DNA of 39,778 nt from a bacterium (GCA_010027485.1 RGVC01000001.1:1-39778); one strand, 5' to 3'; counted from the first letter of the stretch, positions 8,208 through 16,349 are shown. Notes: generated by a model not told the origin, from the sequence alone. Translations and numbers: made by a program.

Positions 8208-10502
8208 TTATTTTTTTCGCCTTGGAGAGCGTTTTTTGAAGCCTCTTTTGGCCGGTGCGGCAGCTAATAACTCCTTAGCTTTGGCTTCATCGATAGTTTT
8301 TGGATCGACATCTTTAGCAATTCGAGCATTCTTTTTGCCGTCTGTTACATACGGTCCATAAGGACCATTTAATACTTTGATGCCACCTGGAAATTCATTG
8401 ATGTTTTTGGCGGCATCTTTGGCTAATTTTTCTTTGTATAATTCGCGAGCCTCGGCCTCTGTTATATCGTGAGGATCAAGTGGTTTAATCGACACATAAG
8501 TTTTATCTACTTGAATATATGGACCAAAACGGCCAATGTTGGCCATAATAGCCTGTCCGTCTTCGGTAGTACCGACTGTCTTAGGCAGTTTGAACATTTC
8601 TAGAGCCTGCTCAAGAGTAACGGTATCTATGGTAGCGCCTTTAGGTAGACTGGTAAATTTAGGCTTTTTGTCTTCGTCTTCGGTGTCACCCATCTGTAGC
8701 ATAGGCCCAAATCTTCCAAAACGAGCGAAAATGGGCTCACCACTTTTCGGGTCTTTACCAATCTCTCTAGCTTGTGCAACTTCTGCCCTTGGGATGTCTT
8801 CTGACTTCTCTATTAAAGGATGAAAATCTTTGTAAAAATCAGCAATCATATCATTCCAAGCCTGCTCTCCATCGGCTATATCATCAAATTGCTTCTCGAC
8901 TGACGCGGTAAAGTCATAATCAATGACGGCTGGAAAATTATTAACTAGAAAATCAGTGACGACTTCTGCGATTCCAGTTGGCACAAGTTTATTACGGTCA
9001 GCACCGTAGGTAACGGTATTTTTTTCTGAAGATATTTTCTTGTTTTTGAGTTTAATCTCTGTTACTTCTCTTTCATTACCTTCTAAATCGGTTTTTTCAA
9101 CATAACCACGCTTTTGAACTGTTGAAATAGTTGGCGCATAGGTACTTGGACGGCCAATGCCGAGTTCTTCAAGTTTTTTAACAAGCATAGCTTCTGAGTA
9201 GCGGGCTGGAGATCTAGCGAAGGTTTCGCTGGCTGTTGCCTGATCAAGATCAAGTTTTTGGCCTTCTTTTAACGGAGGTAGAATGGTGTCGTCTTTGCCT
9301 CCACCATAAACTTTCATAAAGCCATCGAATTGCAGTATTTCGCCTTTAGCGATGAATTTCTGTGGATTTTCTGTGTTTTTTATATGAAACTCGGTACGTT
9401 CGGTTTGAGCCGGTGTCATCTGCGAAGCTAGAGCTCTTTGCCAAATAAGATTATAAAGTTTAGCCTGAGAGGCATCGCTACCACCTGCAAGTCTATTGAA
9501 ATCTGTAGGCCTAATAGCCTCGTGTGCCTCTTGGGCGCTAGAGTTTTTGGTTTTGAACTGGCGGAATTTATGGTATTGATCACCATATTCCCTCTTTATA
9601 AAGCTCTCTGCAGCGTTTAAGGCATCTTTTGACAGCGTTAGACTATCTGTTCTCATGTAAGTGATTTGACCTGCCTCATAAAGCCTCTGAGCCAGTGTCA
9701 TAGTTTGACTTACGCTAAACCCTAATCGTCTAGATGCTTCCTGTTGTAAGGTTGAGGTAGTAAAAGGCGCACCTGGGCTGCGAGTACTTGGTTTTTGTTG
9801 AATTGATTCAACATGAAATTCGGCGTCAATTATACTTTCTAGCCAGTTTTCTGCCTCTTTTTGGCTGTCGAATTTGGTATCTAACTCAGCACTTATTTCG
9901 TGTTTATCAGCTATAAATATAGCCGTAGTCTTATAGGAGCTTTGAGCCTTAAAATCGCGTATTTCTCTTTCTCGTTCAACTATTAATCGTACTGCTACAG
10001 ACTGAACACGACCCGCGCTAAGCCCTGTTCTTACTTTTTTCCAAAGAATTGGTGATAGTTCATAGCCCACTAATCGATCAAGTACTCTTCTGGCCTGCTG
10101 GGCATCTACTAGTTTTAAGTCAATTGTTCGGGGCGCTTTAATGGCGTTTTCAATAGCTGTTTTTGTAATCTCGTGAAACAAAATCCTTTTGGTCTTAGTA
10201 GGGTCAAGTTTAAGGGCATTGGCGAGGTGCCAAGCAATGGCCTCTCCTTCGCGGTCTTCGTCACTCGCCAGCCAAACAACCTTATCTTTAGCGGCTTTTT
10301 TGAGCTCGTTGACGACTTTTTTCTTATCGTCACTTATCGCATAAGTTGGCTCAAATTTATTGTCAATATCAATATTAAGACCTTTTTTTGGCAAATCACG
10401 AATATGACCAAAGCTGCTTTTTACCATAAAGTCAGAGCCTAGGAATTTTTCAATAGTCTTGGCTTTCGCCGGACTTTCTACGATTACTAAATTTTTTGCC
10501 AT
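8208..10502 (-). CDS. topA: DNA topoisomerase I (type IA)
   Basis: Toprim N-terminus MAKNLVIVESPAKAKTIEKFLG and EGEAIAWH. The catalytic region YMRTDS is present. The C-terminal repeats GRFGPM / GRFGPY / GPYGPY contain no cysteines, and the tail is Lys/Arg-rich. Confidence 0.95.
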   Translation of the reverse strand: MAKNLVIVESPAKAKTIEKFLGSDFMVKSSFGHIRDLPKKGLNIDIDNKFEPTYAISDDKKKVVNELKKAAKDKVVWLASDEDREGEAIAWHLANALKLDPTKTKRILFHEITKTAIENAIKAPRTIDLKLVDAQQARRVLDRLVGYELSPILWKKVRTGLSAGRVQSVAVRLIVEREREIRDFKAQSSYKTTAIFIADKHEISAELDTKFDSQKEAENWLESIIDAEFHVESIQQKPSTRSPGAPFTTSTLQQEASRRLGFSVSQTMTLAQRLYEAGQITYMRTDSLTLSKDALNAAESFIKREYGDQYHKFRQFKTKNSSAQEAHEAIRPTDFNRLAGGSDASQAKLYNLIWQRALASQMTPAQTERTEFHIKNTENPQKFIAKGEILQFDGFMKVYGGGKDDTILPPLKEGQKLDLDQATASETFARSPARYSEAMLVKKLEELGIGRPSTYAPTISTVQKRGYVEKTDLEGNEREVTEIKLKNKKISSEKNTVTYGADRNKLVPTGIAEVVTDFLVNNFPAVIDYDFTASVEKQFDDIADGEQAWNDMIADFYKDFHPLIEKSEDIPRAEVAQAREIGKDPKSGEPIFARFGRFGPMLQMGDTEDEDKKPKFTSLPKGATIDTVTLEQALEMFKLPKTVGTTEDGQAIMANIGRFGPYIQVDKTYVSIKPLDPHDITEAEARELYKEKLAKDAAKNINEFPGGIKVLNGPYGPYVTDGKKNARIAKDVDPKTIDEAKAKELLAAAPAKRGFKKRSPRRKK

Positions 10503-10591
10503 GTCGTCGCTACCTATATAAACTTAAAAACCAAATTATTGCAACATATATATAAGAATAGCAATGTAAAAAATATCATTAACCAGTGGAT

Positions 10592-11455
10592 TTAAGCTAT
10601 TGTCCAGCTATTGGCCCCTAAAGCCCTAATCTTCCCTGTTATTTCAAGCATTGTCAGGGCTTGATTAAAGATACTTATATCGAGCTCGCTCATCTGTAGT
10701 AAATTTTCACCATTATTTTCACCTTTAACCATTAAATCAATTATTATTTGCTGATTTTTATTACTGCCTTTTGGCCTTTTTTTGGACATTTTTTTAGTTT
10801 CTAAGCCGAGTACTGCAAGTACATCTTCAATTTTAGTAATTGGGGTGGCGCCAGCTCTGATTAGACTATTAGTACCTTCTGATAATGGGTTATATATATC
10901 GCCTGGCACCGCTAAGACGTCTATCCCCTGCTCTAGTGCGAATCGAGCAGTGTGCATGGTGCCTGATTTTAAACTTGCTTCTGTGATTAGAACTGCATCC
11001 GCCAAGCCAGCCATTATCCGATTGCGAGCCACAAAATTTTGCTTAAATGTTGGCTGACTTGCTCCATACTCACTGATCAAAGTACCTCTGTTGTCGAGTA
11101 TATTTCGGGCTAAATTAAGATTTGATCTAGGCACAATTTGTTCAATACAACTAGGCAATACGGCTATGCACTGCCCTCCAGCTCTCAAGGCAGATTGATG
11201 AGCTGCAGTATCAACTCCCAGTGCTAAACCACTAATGATCACTATTCCTTGAGTGGCTAAATCGCTAGCAAGTTGCTCTGTAACTCGCCTGCCGTAGGCG
11301 CTCATTGACCGACTGCCAATAATAGTTACTCGAGGCTTATTTAATAGACACTCCAAGGGCTCTCCCTGCCAAAAAAGTTGCTTTGGAGGACTAGCTATAC
11401 GACTCAAACTACAGGGGTAGTCGGTATCGTTTTTAGACATTTTATTGATATTCAT
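10592..11455 (-). CDS. dprA: DNA-processing protein A (DprA/Smf)
   Basis: Rossmann-like DprA core (VTIIGSRSMSAYGRRVTEQLASDLATQGIVIISGLALGVDTAAHQSAL) and a winged-helix-like C-terminus. dprA-topA adjacency is common. Confidence 0.9.
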   Translation of the reverse strand: MNINKMSKNDTDYPCSLSRIASPPKQLFWQGEPLECLLNKPRVTIIGSRSMSAYGRRVTEQLASDLATQGIVIISGLALGVDTAAHQSALRAGGQCIAVLPSCIEQIVPRSNLNLARNILDNRGTLISEYGASQPTFKQNFVARNRIMAGLADAVLITEASLKSGTMHTARFALEQGIDVLAVPGDIYNPLSEGTNSLIRAGATPITKIEDVLAVLGLETKKMSKKRPKGSNKNQQIIIDLMVKGENNGENLLQMSELDISIFNQALTMLEITGKIRALGANSWTIA

Positions 11456-11474
11456 ACAATAATATTTTTTAGTA

Positions 11475-11503
11475 TTGACACAAGAACATGAATTTGCTAT
11501 TAT
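11475..11503 (+). promoter_or_regulatory. Near-consensus sigma-70 promoter driving the non-coding unit
   Basis: TTGACA at 11475-11480, an exact 17-nt spacer, and TATTAT at 11498-11503. The -10 is embedded in the 15-nt palindrome TTGCTAT-T-ATAGCAA (11494-11508). Confidence 0.65.
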
Positions 11504-11507
11504 AGCA
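11499..11507 (-). promoter_or_regulatory. Extended -10 promoter (TGcTATAAT) for dprA on the opposite strand of the same palindrome
   Basis: The minus strand reads TGCTATAAT across 11507-11499. The predicted start is about 37 nt upstream of the dprA ATG (11455). There is no good -35. Confidence 0.4.
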
Positions 11508-11509
11508 AC

Positions 11510-11909
11510 CTGTGAGTTAAATATGTTATTTAGCTCAAGTACATTTCAACCTTATTCTAATGCCTGTCTTGTCAGCCAAGACAGGAGTAACGTTAGACTG
11601 TTTTAGAGCGGCTTTTGTAAAGTAGTTACCCTCCACTTAACTCTAGCTGTTAGCCCTTAAAGCTAACACGTTCTAAAACACACTAACCCCTTTAACTAGA
11701 TTCCTCGATTACTTGTTCGCAAGTCGTCTCGGGGTCCCCGATTCAATGTGAGCCTAAATGGTAATTGGTTGATTTATCAACTGATTGACACGAGTCACAA
11801 TTATATAGACTTTGATGTTTCACCGGGGTGGGTTGAAGGGATGGGCATAACTTGTTTATGCCTATAAATGAGCCTCCAGCGGTGCCCACCCCCTCTGGAG
11901 GCTCTTTTT
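11510..11909 (+). ncRNA. Candidate novel structured ncRNA (about 400 nt), class unknown
   Basis: It is bounded by a strong promoter and an intrinsic terminator, with no ORF of 60 aa or more. Multiple strong helices are present, including a UUCG-capped stem (11711-11724), a 12-bp long-range helix (11599-11610 with 11669-11680) and a 10-bp hairpin (11841-11865). GGGGTGGG and CCCACCCC are complementary and could form a pseudoknot. Confidence 0.5.
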
Positions 11910-11913
11910 ATTT
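11870..11913 (+). terminator. Rho-independent terminator
   Basis: The 10-bp stem GAGCCTCCAG (11870-11879) pairs with CTGGAGGCTC (11895-11904) around a 15-nt loop, followed by TTTTTATTT. Confidence 0.75.
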
Positions 11914-11985
11914 AGTATCAAATAAGTATTTTTAGCCAATAAATTCATTAAATGTTAATTATTTTTCGGAACTAAGTTTAGCGTG

Positions 11986-11994
11986 TGGTATATT
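11986..11994 (+). promoter_or_regulatory. Extended -10 element (TGgTATATT) giving a near-leaderless mRNA for the 12005 ORF
   Basis: TG at 11986-11987 and TATATT at 11989-11994. The predicted start at about 12001 is only about 4 nt before the ATG at 12005, and no Shine-Dalgarno is present. Confidence 0.4.
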
Positions 11995-12004
11995 AACTAT
12001 CTAT

Positions 12005-12301
12005 ATGGAGCATAACAAAAACACCGCAACTGTTATTTTTAACGAGGCCGAACTAGATGCTATGCCCGGCATGGTGCGAGAAATAGATGACCAAACAGTG
12101 CCTCAAGTACTAGGAGTTGTTCATAAATTAGGCAATCAGTGCATTCAGGAGTTAATAGGAACTGGCACAAAAAGCCCAATTTTCAGCGATAAGACCAGAG
12201 CTGAAGCCATAAAAGATAAGCTTGCGAAATTGCGATCTATCTATGAAGATTTAGAAAATATCGAGCCCGAAAATCAGCTAGTAATTCCCGGCATTTCTTA
12301 A
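12005..12301 (+). CDS. Hypothetical small acidic protein (98 aa)
   Basis: The ORF has non-repetitive, plausible composition. No motif was recognised. It is convergent with pth, with stops 3 nt apart. Confidence 0.5.
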   Translation: MEHNKNTATVIFNEAELDAMPGMVREIDDQTVPQVLGVVHKLGNQCIQELIGTGTKSPIFSDKTRAEAIKDKLAKLRSIYEDLENIEPENQLVIPGIS

Positions 12302-12304
12302 ATT

Positions 12305-12946
12305 TTAGACTAGAAAGTTTCTGGTGTCATGGGGTAATTCACCGCTATAAATGTATTCGTTAAGCATGGCATTTACTTCTTTTTTTAGTTCTAGTAAGTG
12401 CGTTTGCTCTTCTTTTGAAAAATTCTGTAAAACAAAATCTTCACTCTTAATTTTTTCTGGGTGTTTTGGGCCAATTCCAACGCGGATTCGAGCGTAATTT
12501 TCGCCAATTGCACTAGACAGTGATTTTACGCCGTTGTGTCCGGCGCTCGACCCGCCTTTTCGTACTCTGATATTGCCAAAATCGATATCAAGCTCGTCAT
12601 GAATAACTACAATTTGATCAATGTTAATTTTATAAAATTGGGCTACAGCTTGCACTGATTCGCCACTTAAATTCATGTAGGTTTGAGGCTTCATTGTAAT
12701 TATGCGATTAGCGCCCAGTTGGCCTATGCTAAGTTGGCATTTCAGGTCTTTTTTATTCATCCATGATTGCATTTCAGAGTTTTTTTCGACGAATTCATCT
12801 AAACACATAAAACCGACATTGTGACGAGTAATCTTATATTCTTCACCAGGATTACCCAGGCCAATTATAAGGATATTTTGTGAGCTACTTACGCTGTAAT
12901 AATTTACTGGGTCGCTAGAGCTTGGGCGTTGAGATAGCCATGACAT
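12305..12946 (-). CDS. pth: Peptidyl-tRNA hydrolase
   Basis: LIIGLGNPGEEYKITRHNVGF and GHNG(V)KS motifs. The roughly 25-aa N-terminal extension may reflect a later true start. Confidence 0.9.
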   Translation of the reverse strand: MSWLSQRPSSSDPVNYYSVSSSQNILIIGLGNPGEEYKITRHNVGFMCLDEFVEKNSEMQSWMNKKDLKCQLSIGQLGANRIITMKPQTYMNLSGESVQAVAQFYKINIDQIVVIHDELDIDFGNIRVRKGGSSAGHNGVKSLSSAIGENYARIRVGIGPKHPEKIKSEDFVLQNFSKEEQTHLLELKKEVNAMLNEYIYSGELPHDTRNFLV

Positions 12947-12950
12947 ATTA

Positions 12951-14339
12951 CTATTCTATCTCAATTGCAGTTTCTTTGGCTTTGTTATTGGGGTGAGATG
13001 GCGACTGGCCGACTTTATGAGTAACGTGTTTCTCTATAAACCATAGCTGTATTGGGGTGCCTTCGTAGCCATATGTTTCGCGTAGTTTGCGATCTAGATA
13101 GCGTTTATAGCTCCAGTGCAGGAATTTGGTATGACTACCAAATATCTTAAATGCCGGAATTGGATTATCGTCTTCTTGTACCATGTAATTTAGCTTAGGG
13201 TTACGGTTTTTTAGGCCGGCCGGTGGATGTTTGTCGACTGCTTGGCGAAGCCATTTATTGAGTTCAGGTGTGGCAATGCGCTTGGCTCGTTGTTCGTCAA
13301 TATCTTGAGCTAAATCGAATAATTTTGCCACATTCTGACCCGTTACGGAGCTGGTGAAAACAAGCGGCGCCCAGGCAGTAAAATCAAAATCATGGGCTAA
13401 TTTTTGCGCCAGCCCATCTCTTGTAAAGGCATCTTTTTCTTCCACAGCATCCCACTTACTAATAACAATTATCATGCCCTTACCGGCTTCTTTGACCATA
13501 CCAGCTATTTTTTGATCTAATTGAACACCTAATTCATTGGCATCAATAAGCATTAAGCAAATGTCTGCCTGCTCAATTGCAGCTAAGGCCCGAATAACGC
13601 TAAAACGCTCAATACCTACTTTTATTTTACCGCTGCGGCGTATACCGGCAGTATCAAGTAATTCTATTTCTCGACCCTTATATTTAATAAGAGCACGATT
13701 AACGTCTCTGGTGGTACCAGCTAAGTCTGCTACAATCGCCTGTTGCTTCTTGGCTAAGGTGTTAAACAATCTTGATTTACCTACATTAGGACGACCAACA
13801 ATGGCTATTCTGAGCCGGCCATCATCGTCTTTTAGGCTTACCTTGGGTAGATTGTCGGCTAAATTAATAAGAAGCTGATCTATGCCTTTTTTCTGAGTGC
13901 AAGATGTTTTTATGATGGTAGCTATGCCAAGCCGTTGGAAGTAGTCTAGAGTTTCGCCTTTGGCTTGGTCGATTTTATTGATTACCAAAAATACTGGTTT
14001 TTTAGATTTCAAAGCCATCTTGGCGACTCGACGGTCATCGTCTGAAATAGCTGTTCCAGCTTCTACGACGACAAGTATAATATCGGCGCTGTCAGCGGCC
14101 TGAGTAATCTGCTCTTGGATTGTGAATTCGAAGTCATCCTCTGGGTCTTTAATGCCAGCAGTATCAACAAGCCAGAAATTCTGACCCTCATATTCTGCCT
14201 TTGCCATGATGCTATCGCGCGTAGTACCTGCTTCACGGGCAACAATTGCCTCTCGGCGTTCTAATACGGCATTAAACAAACTGGACTTGCCAACATTAGC
14301 CCGTCCAACGATTGCCACAATAGGAATTTTTTTAGCCAT
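12951..14339 (-). CDS. der: Ribosome-associated GTPase Der/EngA (tandem GTPase domains)
   Basis: Two G domains (GRANVGKSSLFN..DTAG..NKID and GRPNVGKSRLFN..DTAG..SKWD) plus a KH-like C-terminus. Confidence 0.93.
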   Translation of the reverse strand: MAKKIPIVAIVGRANVGKSSLFNAVLERREAIVAREAGTTRDSIMAKAEYEGQNFWLVDTAGIKDPEDDFEFTIQEQITQAADSADIILVVVEAGTAISDDDRRVAKMALKSKKPVFLVINKIDQAKGETLDYFQRLGIATIIKTSCTQKKGIDQLLINLADNLPKVSLKDDDGRLRIAIVGRPNVGKSRLFNTLAKKQQAIVADLAGTTRDVNRALIKYKGREIELLDTAGIRRSGKIKVGIERFSVIRALAAIEQADICLMLIDANELGVQLDQKIAGMVKEAGKGMIIVISKWDAVEEKDAFTRDGLAQKLAHDFDFTAWAPLVFTSSVTGQNVAKLFDLAQDIDEQRAKRIATPELNKWLRQAVDKHPPAGLKNRNPKLNYMVQEDDNPIPAFKIFGSHTKFLHWSYKRYLDRKLRETYGYEGTPIQLWFIEKHVTHKVGQSPSHPNNKAKETAIEIE

Positions 14340-14402
14340 ATTACGACATTATAACAGATAAGCGACTATTGACAAAGTGACATTGCGATATTTTAATAAA
14401 CT

Positions 14403-15059
14403 TCAGATTTCTTTTATATGGCCTGACTTTAGTTCGCCTAATTTATAATTACCAAAATTAGTGCGATGTAATTTCATTACGCTGTACCCGAGTGACTCAA
14501 ATGTGCGTCTAATTTGTCTATTACGGCCTTCATGCATTACCACTTCCCATTTAATCCCATCATCATCCAGTTTAGCTAACCTAAGCCGACTCAAGCCGTC
14601 TTCCAGTTGCACGCCCGGTGCTTGTATTATTTGTTGATGCAAAGGCTGTAAGGGCCTATCTAGAGCTATCTCATAGCGTTTTAATTTAACTTTACTAGGA
14701 TGAGTTAGTTCATACGCTAAATTGCCGTCAGAAGTTAACAGAATAATGCCTGATGAGTTTTTGTCTAGCCGACCAACGGTTTTTAGATGTTGGTATTTTT
14801 CAGGCAATAGCTCATATATAGTTTTACTTCCCTGCCCGTTCTTACTACATACATAACCAAATGGTTTATTAACTAGTATTGTAAGGCTAGGTTGAGGTGT
14901 AACTAACTTGCCATCTACTGCTACTTGGTCTGATTCATCTACTTCCTGACCACGTACAGCAACAGCACCATTTACAGTAATAGTGCTCTCGTCAATCATG
15001 GTATCTACTGCACGTCGACTAAAGCCCGTTGCTTGGGCAATGTATTTATTGATTCGCAT
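14403..15059 (-). CDS. RsuA/RluB-family rRNA pseudouridine synthase (S4 domain plus catalytic domain)
   Basis: N-terminal S4 RNA-binding domain (MRINKYIAQATGFSRR) and the catalytic GRLDKNSSGIILLTSDG motif. Confidence 0.88.
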   Translation of the reverse strand: MRINKYIAQATGFSRRAVDTMIDESTITVNGAVAVRGQEVDESDQVAVDGKLVTPQPSLTILVNKPFGYVCSKNGQGSKTIYELLPEKYQHLKTVGRLDKNSSGIILLTSDGNLAYELTHPSKVKLKRYEIALDRPLQPLHQQIIQAPGVQLEDGLSRLRLAKLDDDGIKWEVVMHEGRNRQIRRTFESLGYSVMKLHRTNFGNYKLGELKSGHIKEI

Positions 15060-15066
15060 AAACTAA

Positions 15067-16293
15067 TTATAGAGCAATATTTGGATCAAAGGGTTTTTCT
15101 GGAGCCTTAGCTGGTTCAGCAGGAGCCTCTGCTGCAGGTGTTACGGCCTCGGCAGGAGCTGGTGTTTGAGGAGTTCCATCGGTTGTAGCTTCCCTAGGAG
15201 TTGGCGTAGCTTCTGTTGGGGTTTCTGGATCAGGAGTGCTAGAAGGCGTTTCTGGAGTCTCTGGTGCTGGTTCAGCTGGCGCGGGTGTTTCTTCCTCGGC
15301 AGGAGCCTCTGCTGCAGGTGTTGCAGCCTCAGCAGGTGCTGGTGTTTCTGCTGGAGTCTCTGGTGCTGCTTCGGGTGTTTTGGCTTCTTGCGCCTCTTCT
15401 GCAGCTAGTAATTCGTTGATATCTTTTTCGGGTTTTGTTTCTATAGGTTCAATAACTTTCATGCCACTTGATGTGGCGGCGGGTGCATCGCTAGAGCTTC
15501 CAGCTTGATCTGATTCTGGTGTTTTAGCTAATAAGTTATCTACCGCATCTGTTAATACTTGGCTGTCATTTTCGGGCGCAGCGGGTGCTGTTGCTGTAGC
15601 TTCAGGGGCACCTCCAGCATTACCATTAGCAGCTTCTGTAGCGCCAGCTACAATACTTTCAATACTAGAGTCATTTGTCTTTGCGACAGCCTCATCTGTA
15701 GTTGCTGGTTCAGCTGGCGCGGGAGCGGTATCTGTTGGAGTTTCTGGTGTTGGAACAGTCGCCGGAGTGCTAGAAGGCTCTTCTGTAGCCGCTGGTGCAG
15801 GAGTTTCGACTGGCGGTACTACAGGTGTCGGTGTCGGTTCTGCCGCCGGCACCGCTGGCGCTGGCGTGGCCTCTGCTGGCGCTGGAGCATCAGTTGTACC
15901 AGCTGGAGCTGGCGCAGCGTCGCCTTGGTCACCTAGCATTTCATGAGCTGCCTTTACAATATCCTCCAAGGTAACTTGTGATTTAACCAAGTATTTATTG
16001 GCGCCTAATTTGTCAGCGCGTTCTTGTTCGTCACTCTGACCTAGAGCAGTCAGCATAATAATCTTTACATCTTTCATGCCTTCGGTGTTACGGATAATAT
16101 CGAGCATTTCAAAACCACTTATTTTTGGCATCATTACGTCAGAGATTATTAAATCGGGTTTTTCGGCTTTACCTGTCACTAAAGCTTCTTCGCCGTCTGC
16201 GGCGGTAACTACCTCGTAGCCTTCGGCTTGCATACGGGCAGCATAAATCTCTCTAAGGTTATTATCGTCTTCTACTAACATTACTTTTGGCAT
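15067..16293 (-). CDS. Response-regulator receiver domain fused to a roughly 288-aa Pro/Ala/Thr/Glu-rich low-complexity tail; no recognisable output domain
   Basis: The CheY-like REC domain covers aa 1-120 (VEDD acidic pocket, phospho-acceptor in LIISDVMMP, MLTA, conserved Lys). The rest is PAPA/ETP repeats ending in EKPFDPNIAL. A good SD (AGAGG) precedes the ATG. Confidence 0.85.
   Translation of the reverse strand: MPKVMLVEDDNNLREIYAARMQAEGYEVVTAADGEEALVTGKAEKPDLIISDVMMPKISGFEMLDIIRNTEGMKDVKIIMLTALGQSDEQERADKLGANKYLVKSQVTLEDIVKAAHEMLGDQGDAAPAPAGTTDAPAPAEATPAPAVPAAEPTPTPVVPPVETPAPAATEEPSSTPATVPTPETPTDTAPAPAEPATTDEAVAKTNDSSIESIVAGATEAANGNAGGAPEATATAPAAPENDSQVLTDAVDNLLAKTPESDQAGSSSDAPAATSSGMKVIEPIETKPEKDINELLAAEEAQEAKTPEAAPETPAETPAPAEAATPAAEAPAEEETPAPAEPAPETPETPSSTPDPETPTEATPTPREATTDGTPQTPAPAEAVTPAAEAPAEPAKAPEKPFDPNIAL
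15119..15347. repeat. Intragenic near-identical DNA repeats within the PA-rich tail
   Basis: The 49-nt block at 15119-15167 recurs at 15299-15347 with 4-5 mismatches, 180 nt apart and in frame. The 21-mer TGCTGGTTCAGCTGGCGCGGG is identical at 15265-15285 and 15703-15723. Confidence 0.8.
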
Positions 16294-16349
16294 ATTGACC
16301 TCTGATGTAAATTGGTTATGGTTATTAATTTTAATTGTATCATAACATT

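Noticed and set aside
8536-10442. Antisense ORFs inside topA (8536-8823, 9438-9620, 10173-10442 on +; 10115-10333 on -). Similar 60-110-aa ORFs lie inside mraY, ftsW, der, dprA, the GT2 gene, gltX, the Clp-like gene, NRAMP, uppP and zwf.
   Set aside because: Each is fully nested within a long, motif-supported gene on the other strand or in another frame. Their composition is skewed and they have no recognisable motifs, so they are treated as spurious.
11599-11680. GTTTTAGAGC (the first 10 nt of the Cas9 type II-A repeat) and its near-complement GTTCTAAAAC, suggesting a CRISPR repeat or tracrRNA.
   Set aside because: There is only one copy of each, no spacer-repeat periodicity, and no cas genes in the window. 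The two segments are better explained as the two strands of a 12-bp intramolecular helix in the candidate ncRNA.
11510-11909. Whether the structured RNA is RNase P RNA, tmRNA, SRP RNA, a T-box or a type III antitoxin array.
   Set aside because: There is no GGAAAGUCC or ACAGAA..GGCUUA (RNase P). There is no GGUUCGA T-loop/acceptor/CCA 3' end (tmRNA) and no GGAAGCAGC-type domain IV (SRP). The T-box 14-mer is absent and no aaRS gene lies downstream. There are no tandem direct repeats (ToxI-like). These judgements were made by eye only, so a covariance-model scan is still needed.
15166-15936. Three long + strand ORFs (15166-15408, 15236-15508, 15559-15936) encoding Cys/Trp/Arg-rich or Ala/Ser/Gly-rich peptides.
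   Set aside because: They lie antisense to, or out of frame with, the GC-rich PA-repeat tail of the response regulator. Low-complexity GC-rich DNA stays open in several frames. They have no start context or recognisable domains, so they are shadow ORFs.
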